Origin: Candidatus Iainarchaeum sp. | Lineage (GTDB): Archaea; Iainarchaeota; Iainarchaeia; Iainarchaeales; CSSED10-239 | Length of the DNA: 14,700 bases | NCBI GenBank assembly: GCA_028700905.1 | Contig: JAQVRT010000013.1 | Location: 1 to 14,700 of the forward strand | Direction of reading: 5' to 3' | Shown here: positions 8,093 through 14,069 of the stretch, one piece after another | How positions within the stretch are numbered: the first letter of the stretch is position 1 | Layout: each line of letters starts with the position of its first letter | Notes under the pieces: model-generated | What the model was told of the DNA's origin: nothing | The model's database searches: none | Seen by the model: only the letters and a program-made list of their open reading frames with translations | Translations under genes and position numbers: made by a program

Positions 8093-8850
8093 AAGAATGG
8101 AGATTTATTCCTCTTGAAAATAAAGAAGACTCTTATATGAAAATGGCAACAGAAGAAGCTATCATGTCTTCTGTTAGAGAAAAATCCTCTCTTCCAACAC
8201 TTAGGTTTTATTCTTGGAAAAATCCAGCTGTTTCTTTAGGTTTCTTTCAAGATGCTAAAAAAGAGTTAAATCTTGAAGAATGCAAAAAAAATAATGTTGA
8301 AATTTTTAGAAGAATAACAGGAGGAGGAGCTGTCTATAAGTCTCCTCTTTATGAAATAAACTATAGCTTAATAATAAGAGAAGACGATTCAATTATTCCA
8401 AAAGATGTAGAAAAATCATATGCTTTAATCTGTGATGGTATAATTGTTGGACTTAAAAAACTTGGTTTTCAAACAACTTTTAAACCAATAAACGATATTT
8501 TGCTTAATAATAAAAAAGTTTCAGGAAATGCTCAAACAAGAGTTGATAATGTTATTTTACATCATGGAACAATTCTTTTAAAACCTGAAAGTGAAGAGAT
8601 GTTTAAGTACCTTAAGATAGATGATTCTAAGCTTCTTGAAAAAAAAGTAAAATCTGTAAAAGATCTTGTCTGTGGGCTTTATGATTATAAAGTGTTTACA
8701 AAAGAAGAAATAATTGATTCTATTTGTAAAGGTTTTAAAGAAGTTTTTAATATTACTCTTGTAAAATCTAATTTAACTGAAAAAGAAAAATTAATGGCAA
8801 AAGAGCTTTATTTTAAATATTGTGATGAAAAATTTATTTTTTGGAAATAA
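8089..8850 (+). CDS. lplA: lipoate-protein ligase A, catalytic domain only
   Basis: 253 aa. Its ATG overlaps the upstream stop (ATGA at 8089-8092). LplA/LipB-family motifs are present: LRFYSWKNPAVSLGFFQ, RRITGGGAVY and KKVSGNAQTR...HHGTILL (catalytic Lys in KVSGNAQ). The roughly 90-aa C-terminal accessory domain of long LplAs is absent. Confidence 0.85.
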   Translation: MKEWRFIPLENKEDSYMKMATEEAIMSSVREKSSLPTLRFYSWKNPAVSLGFFQDAKKELNLEECKKNNVEIFRRITGGGAVYKSPLYEINYSLIIREDDSIIPKDVEKSYALICDGIIVGLKKLGFQTTFKPINDILLNNKKVSGNAQTRVDNVILHHGTILLKPESEEMFKYLKIDDSKLLEKKVKSVKDLVCGLYDYKVFTKEEIIDSICKGFKEVFNITLVKSNLTEKEKLMAKELYFKYCDEKFIFWK

Positions 8851-8863
8851 TCTTTTTTGTATT

Positions 8864-9568
8864 TTACTCTCTTACAAACCTATATTCCTTATCAAGCTTA
8901 TAACCTTTTTCAGGAGTAAAATAAACTTCAAAACCAATTTTGTCTAAAACTTTTAAAACATTAAAAACAGTTTCTTTATTTTTTATATTTCCTTGCATGT
9001 TTGATAATAAATGCACCATTTTTCTCGTAAAATTATCTCTGTTTTTTACACTTTTATTTTCAATTTCTGGGAGTATTTTTTTCATAAAGGCATGATTTAT
9101 TTTAACAGTGGTATACCCTAAGACTTTTTTCTCAGGACTTACAACAGCCATAACATCATAACCATGTCTTGTTTTAGGATATTTAAACATTGAATCAATA
9201 AGTGAAAAAAGATCAGGAATTGCATTTCCATTATTATATCTTCCTTTAAGCTTTGGGTCTTGTAATTTAAAGTAAAAGATAGTTCCTTTTTTTTTATCTA
9301 AAGATTCTTTTCCAGCATTTGTTCTTTTTTGATTAATATTTTTAAAAATAGCATCAAACTTTTTAGAGTCAATAACTGTAAAAGAATTTAGTCTATCTCC
9401 TGTAATGTTTACAGTTTTTTCTCCAGGAGCTTTATAGAAAGATATTTTATTTAATCTATTGACATCAATATTTTCAAGAGATTTAATTTCACTTGAAAAT
9501 TTAGGTTTTCCAATTTTAGGTAAGCCCTTAACTTTTGGAGTTATTCTTGGACTATTTTTTGGCTTCAT
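8864..9568 (-). CDS. hypothetical protein, paralog 1 of a tandem pair (no recognisable domain)
   Basis: 234 aa. GTGAGG lies 4-5 nt upstream of the ATG on the minus strand. The start overlaps the upstream paralog by 17 nt. The N-terminus is basic and Pro-rich (MKPKNSPRITPKVKGLPKIGKPKF). It shares the motifs GYTTVKIN and GFEVYFTPEKGYKLDKEYRFVR with 9552-10253. It has no Cys and no TM segment. Confidence 0.7.
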   Translation of the reverse strand: MKPKNSPRITPKVKGLPKIGKPKFSSEIKSLENIDVNRLNKISFYKAPGEKTVNITGDRLNSFTVIDSKKFDAIFKNINQKRTNAGKESLDKKKGTIFYFKLQDPKLKGRYNNGNAIPDLFSLIDSMFKYPKTRHGYDVMAVVSPEKKVLGYTTVKINHAFMKKILPEIENKSVKNRDNFTRKMVHLLSNMQGNIKNKETVFNVLKVLDKIGFEVYFTPEKGYKLDKEYRFVRE

Positions 9569-10253
9569 TTTTCCTCACATAATTAAAGTCTTTATTTAAG
9601 GCATAACCGTCTTCAGGAGTGAAATAAATTTCCATACCTAAACTTTCCATCATTTCAAAAATATATTTTTTATATTCTGCACTCTCTACGTTTCTTTTAG
9701 TTAAAAAACCATCTATTCTTTCAATAAATTGTTTGCTTGTTGCTTTAAGGGTATTAATTTTAATAGTTGTATATCCTATAGGTTTTCTTCTTTTAGGGTC
9801 AATTACAGAAATAATTTGATATTTAATTGATTTTTGTCTATCTTGCATAAAAGAAACAATGTCTGATCTTGATGGAAGTGCCATCCCAAACTCTGTTTTA
9901 GTATTTTTAGGTCTTCTTTTTATTATGTGGGTGTGTAGAAGTTGTGATTTATTTTCTAAGCTTCTTATCTTTTTTTTCAAAGATTCTTTTACTTTTTCAT
10001 TTAGTATTTTTTCAAATTTAATAGTATCTCTTCCAACGTGATCAATATGTCTTTTATATGAAACATCGTATGTACCTTTTCCTGGAACAGATAATAGTTG
10101 TATTTCTTTTTCTTTAATAGTTGGATCTTTTAAAATACTGTTAAACTTATTTCTTCCAATCCTTGATTTTGGAAATATGTTTGGTTCAGGAAGTTTTGGT
10201 TTTTTAATAAGTGTCTTTGGTTTATTATTAATAATTGAATTTGGTCTTTTCAT
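9552..10253 (-). CDS. hypothetical protein, paralog 2 of a tandem pair (no recognisable domain)
   Basis: 233 aa, ATG start with no Shine-Dalgarno site. The N-terminus is basic and Pro-rich (MKRPNSIINNKPKTLIKKPKLPEP). The shared motifs are GYTTIKIN and GMEIYFTPEDGYALNKDFNYVR. It has no Cys and no TM segment. Confidence 0.7.
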   Translation of the reverse strand: MKRPNSIINNKPKTLIKKPKLPEPNIFPKSRIGRNKFNSILKDPTIKEKEIQLLSVPGKGTYDVSYKRHIDHVGRDTIKFEKILNEKVKESLKKKIRSLENKSQLLHTHIIKRRPKNTKTEFGMALPSRSDIVSFMQDRQKSIKYQIISVIDPKRRKPIGYTTIKINTLKATSKQFIERIDGFLTKRNVESAEYKKYIFEMMESLGMEIYFTPEDGYALNKDFNYVRKNEAKK

Positions 10254-10270
10254 ATATATTATTCATTATA

Positions 10271-10290
10271 AATAGTATTAAAATACTATT
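10271..10290. promoter_or_regulatory. perfect 20-bp palindrome (AATAGTATT-AA-AATACTATT) in the promoter region of the minus-strand paralog pair
   Basis: The 9-bp arms at 10271-10279 and 10282-10290 are exact reverse complements. The palindrome starts 18 nt upstream of the ATG at 10253 and abuts a TTTATAA (TATA-like) element on the minus strand. Confidence 0.3.
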
Positions 10291-10446
10291 CTTATATTTA
10301 AAAATTAAATAAATACATAATAAATATTAGTCACTACATAAAAAGTTAAGAAAACTAATGGTTCTTTTTTTAAAGCTGTTGTTCTATATTAAATATAACA
10401 ATCTTTAATAACAGTTTTTTAATACATAACTTATTGGTGAAAATAA

Positions 10447-11043
10447 ATGCTTGGAAAATACATTGTCTTAGATATTGAAACAACAGGTCTTAATAGATCA
10501 AAAGATCAAATAACCGAGATTGCTGCTTTAAAACTTGAAGGAAACCGAATTGTTGATAAATTTGAGACATTAATAAATCCTCAAATGAAAATTCCTGCTG
10601 AAATAACACAACTTACAGGAATTACAGATGACATGGTTAAAGAAAAGCCAACAATTCAAGAAGTTTTACCTAATTTTATAGATTTTATTAAAAAAGATAT
10701 TTTAGTTGCACATAATGCTGTTTTTGATATTGGTTTTATAAATCATAATCTTAATTTACATTTAAAACAAACATTAGAAAATAAAAGTATATGTACCATG
10801 AATCTTGCAAAAAAAATTGTTTCAACAATGCCAAGCTATAGATTATCATCTTTATGTAATTATTTTGATATTAAAAACGAATATGCTCATAGAGCAATGT
10901 CAGATGTTTATGCTACAACAAAACTATTTACTAAATTTCAAGCAATAATGCATAATAATGGGCTTAAAGAAGATCAAGAAATCTTAAAATTCTATCAAGA
11001 TCCTCTTTTAAAATTAAATCTTTCTTTAACTCATTTGATTTAA
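10447..11043 (+). CDS. DEDDh 3'-5' exonuclease (DnaQ / DNA polymerase III epsilon-like)
   Basis: 198 aa with GGTGA 6 nt upstream. It carries Exo I VLDIETTGL, Exo II LVAHNAVFDIGFI and Exo III HRAMSDVYAT (the H-x4-D type). Confidence 0.85.
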   Translation: MLGKYIVLDIETTGLNRSKDQITEIAALKLEGNRIVDKFETLINPQMKIPAEITQLTGITDDMVKEKPTIQEVLPNFIDFIKKDILVAHNAVFDIGFINHNLNLHLKQTLENKSICTMNLAKKIVSTMPSYRLSSLCNYFDIKNEYAHRAMSDVYATTKLFTKFQAIMHNNGLKEDQEILKFYQDPLLKLNLSLTHLI

Positions 11044-11234
11044 TTTTTTGGATCAACTGGAGCAACAATCCACATAACAATATAAACAAGAAGCATTATT
11101 CCAAAACTTACAAATAAAAGTATAACCCATGCAAGTCTTATAAATACAGGGTCAACATTAAAATAATTTGCAAGTCCTCCTGCAACTCCACCAATTATAA
11201 CATCTTTACTATTTCTTTTATATCTTTTTTTCAT
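11040..11234 (-). CDS. PspC-domain membrane protein
   Basis: MKKRYKRNSKDVIIGGVAGGLANYFNVDPVFIRLAWVILLF is the classic PspC-domain signature, followed by a TM helix. The ORF track starts at a GTG (11243). The ATG at 11232-11234 gives the family-typical N-terminus, so I prefer it. Confidence 0.8.
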   Translation of the reverse strand: MKKRYKRNSKDVIIGGVAGGLANYFNVDPVFIRLAWVILLFVSFGIMLLVYIVMWIVAPVDPKN

Positions 11235-11343
11235 AAATTTCACATCTTTATAATTTATATATATATATTTATTCTATAAGTATATTTAAATATTGTTTTT
11301 TCTATATAATATTTATAAAATAAACAAAAAATAAAGATTATTT

Positions 11344-12279
11344 ATGGATTATACAAAAGATTTTTTATGGAAAGAAAACTTAACAGTTTCAGAATTATTA
11401 GAAGGTTATGGAAAGATAGGTTTTCAAAGTTATGAACTTAAAAGAGCATCAGACCTTTTAGTTAAAATGAAAAAAGAAGGTGCAAAAGTTTATTTCTCAT
11501 TTACTTCAAATATGGTAACTTCAGGTTTAAGAGGTTTTTTTGCACAGTTAATTGAAAAGAAAATGTGTGATGTTATAGTTACAACTGTAGGTTCAATTGA
11601 AGAAGATATTATGAAAGCTGATGGAGATAAGTTTATTTTAGGTTCATTTTCTTCAAATGATGAAGAATTATATGAAAGAGGAGAAAATAGAGTTGGTAAT
11701 ATTTTAATTACAAATGATCAATACCAAAAACTTGAAGCAAAAATTAAAAATTTACTTTTAGAAGTTTATAAAGAAAAAAAATCTTTAACAATCTCTGAAC
11801 TTTTAAGAGAGATTGGTCTTAAGTTAAATGATCCTTCATCAATACTTTATCAAGCAGCAATAAACAATGTTCCTGTCTTTTGTCCTGCAATAACAGATGG
11901 CTCTTTTGGTTTCCACTTATATTTATTTAAAGAAGAACATAAAGATTTTAATGTTGATATTATTAATGATTTTAGAAATATTATTTTTTCAACATCACAT
12001 GATGAAAAAAAAGGAATTGTTGCTCTTGGTGGTGGAGTTTCAAAACACCATATTATTCTTACAACTTTAATTAATGGTGGAGCAGATTATGCTCTTTATA
12101 TGACAACAGCCTCTCCTCGCTCAGGAAGTCTTTCAGGAGCAACAACTGATGAAGCTAAGTCTTGGGGTAAGATTAAAGATAATTCTGATGCTGTAACTGT
12201 TATTGGAGATGTTACTATAACTTTTCCAATAGCTATGGTTTCTGCTCTTGATACTTTAAAAAAAGAAGGAGTGCTTTAA
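11344..12279 (+). CDS. dys: deoxyhypusine synthase
   Basis: 311 aa. DHS signatures are present: GFQSYELKRA, SNMVTSGLRG, DVIVTTVGSIEEDI, GGGVSKHH and the catalytic-lysine context DEAKSWGKI. Confidence 0.9.
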   Translation: MDYTKDFLWKENLTVSELLEGYGKIGFQSYELKRASDLLVKMKKEGAKVYFSFTSNMVTSGLRGFFAQLIEKKMCDVIVTTVGSIEEDIMKADGDKFILGSFSSNDEELYERGENRVGNILITNDQYQKLEAKIKNLLLEVYKEKKSLTISELLREIGLKLNDPSSILYQAAINNVPVFCPAITDGSFGFHLYLFKEEHKDFNVDIINDFRNIIFSTSHDEKKGIVALGGGVSKHHIILTTLINGGADYALYMTTASPRSGSLSGATTDEAKSWGKIKDNSDAVTVIGDVTITFPIAMVSALDTLKKEGVL

Positions 12280-12282
12280 GGT

Positions 12283-12912
12283 ATGCTTAAAAAAAGTATT
12301 TCAAAAGTTAGGTCCAGTATAAAAAAAATAAATCCTTTCAAAAGAGAAAAAAGTGTTTATGAGAAACTAAATGAAAGATATAGAGATGTAAGGTATGAAT
12401 ATTTTCCAGAAAAACCTTCTTTTAAAGAATTAAATGATGCTATTAATAAAGATAAAATAGTTACTTTCTTAACTGATAAAAAAAGAACAACAATTGTTGG
12501 AGAATCTAAATATATATCTTTTTTATCTTATATTGAAAGAGATGGAATTCATTTTTCAAGAGGAACTTTTAAAACAAAAGGTAAGAATTCTTTTAGAAAT
12601 TTATATGATATTAAAAAATATGCTGATTTTTTAGTAAGATTTTCAAAAAAAAATAGAATTAAAGAAATTAGAACTGAAACTTGGCTTTTTGAAGAGTTTA
12701 AAGGTTTTGCAAAATATATAGGGGGTTTTAAATTGGAAAAAACTCCTGCAAATCTTAATAGAATTAATAAATATAGAGAAGCACTTTTAAAGAATAATGT
12801 TAAAAAAGTTGTATCTTTTAATTTTGAAAGAAATCAATTAAAGTGTTTTACAAAAGAAGGAAAAGAGATTTCTCTAAAACTAGAGCTTCCATCTTATGTT
12901 TTAAAGGTGTGA
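12283..12912 (+). CDS. hypothetical protein (no recognisable domain), embedded in the hypusine/polyamine cluster
   Basis: 209 aa. It starts 3 nt after the dys stop, with AAGGAGTG inside the dys 3' end, and ends 7 nt before the decarboxylase ATG. The N-terminus is basic (MLKKSISKVRSSIKKINPFKREK). I recognise no motifs. Confidence 0.65.
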   Translation: MLKKSISKVRSSIKKINPFKREKSVYEKLNERYRDVRYEYFPEKPSFKELNDAINKDKIVTFLTDKKRTTIVGESKYISFLSYIERDGIHFSRGTFKTKGKNSFRNLYDIKKYADFLVRFSKKNRIKEIRTETWLFEEFKGFAKYIGGFKLEKTPANLNRINKYREALLKNNVKKVVSFNFERNQLKCFTKEGKEISLKLELPSYVLKV

Positions 12913-12919
12913 TATTTAA

Positions 12920-13963
12920 ATGAAATCAAATGCAAAATTTGTTTTTTCAAAAGAAAAAATATTAAAAGAATATAAAAAAGTAGAAAAGTTATCTGATATT
13001 GTTTGTTATAGTGTTAAGTCTAATCCTTATATTACTTCAGTTTTAGAAGAAAACACCTCTTCTAATTTTTTAATACATCATAATAATGAGATTGAAAAAA
13101 TAAAAGATAAAAAAAAAATATGGTATATGCTTCATTCTCCTGATAAAGAAGAGATTAGTGTAATTTTTAAAGAAGGAATTGATAAATTTATTGTTGATAA
13201 TAAAAATGATTTAAATTTTCTTTTAGAAGAAATTAAAAATAATAATTATAAGATAACTTTACTTTTAAGAATGAGACTTAAAGAATATACTGTTGTTACT
13301 GGTAAGTTTTTTGTTTATGGTTTTTATTCAAAAGAAATTAATGATTTAATTATTTCATTAAAAGATAATCCTTTAATTGAAAAGTTAGGTGTTCATTTCC
13401 ATAGAAAAACACAAAATTTATCTGAATGGTCTTTAATTGAAGAGATTTCATCTTCTCTTAGAAAAGAAACTTTAGAAAAAATTGATTTTTTAGATATTGG
13501 AGGAGGGCTTCCTGTTTTATATAAAAACATTAATCCTAAAACAATAGAGGTTATTTATGAAAAATTAAAAGAACTTAAAATATTTTTAAATAGTTTAAAT
13601 ATTAAACTTTTAACTGAACCTGGAAGAAGTATTGCTGCACCTTCAGGAAAGTTAATTACAACTATAAAAAATATTGTTGATGATACTATTTTTATTGATG
13701 CATCTTTATTTAATTGTTCAATGGATACTTTAGTTACTCATATTAAACTTTTAGTTGATGGAGAAAGTGAAACTAATACTCTTAAACCTTATACAATTAA
13801 AGGTTTAACTCCAGCTTCAGAAGATATTTTTAGATATAGAGTATATTTTAAGGAAGGATATGTTCCAAAGATAGGAGATAAAGTTATTTTCTTAAATGCA
13901 GGTGCATATATCTATTATACAGATCTTTTTAATCTTGAAAGACCAAAAATTGAATTTATTTAG
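12920..13963 (+). CDS. group IV PLP-dependent decarboxylase (Orn/Arg/DAP/carboxynorspermidine decarboxylase family), compact form
   Basis: 347 aa. It has the PLP-lysine context CYSVKSNP, GVHFHRKTQ, LDIGGGLP, TEPGRSIAAP and the active-site Cys context NCSMDTL. AGGTG lies upstream. Substrate specificity cannot be read from the sequence by eye. Confidence 0.75.
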   Translation: MKSNAKFVFSKEKILKEYKKVEKLSDIVCYSVKSNPYITSVLEENTSSNFLIHHNNEIEKIKDKKKIWYMLHSPDKEEISVIFKEGIDKFIVDNKNDLNFLLEEIKNNNYKITLLLRMRLKEYTVVTGKFFVYGFYSKEINDLIISLKDNPLIEKLGVHFHRKTQNLSEWSLIEEISSSLRKETLEKIDFLDIGGGLPVLYKNINPKTIEVIYEKLKELKIFLNSLNIKLLTEPGRSIAAPSGKLITTIKNIVDDTIFIDASLFNCSMDTLVTHIKLLVDGESETNTLKPYTIKGLTPASEDIFRYRVYFKEGYVPKIGDKVIFLNAGAYIYYTDLFNLERPKIEFI

Positions 13964-14069
13964 AAATAAAGTAATTTAAAAACTATTTGTTTCATAAATA
14001 TATATAGTAAGTTTAATACTTTTTAAGTTGTTTACTTATTTAATAAAATTAAAAAAAGGAAAATTAAAT

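Noticed and set aside
9859-10041. 60-aa plus-strand ORF
   Set aside because: It lies antisense inside the 9552-10253 gene, which is supported by paralogy with 8864-9568.
8864-10253. PD-(D/E)xK nuclease or 2H-phosphoesterase assignment for the tandem paralogs
   Set aside because: In paralog 1, YDVMAVVSPEKK could mimic D...ExK, and in paralog 2, HTH/HIDH could mimic HxT motifs. Neither set of residues is conserved in the other paralog, so the resemblance is probably chance.
11235-11243. GTG start for the PspC-domain gene (as in the ORF track)
   Set aside because: An in-frame ATG three codons downstream (11232-11234) gives MKKRYKRNS..., the typical PspC-domain N-terminus. The GTG extension adds only MKF.
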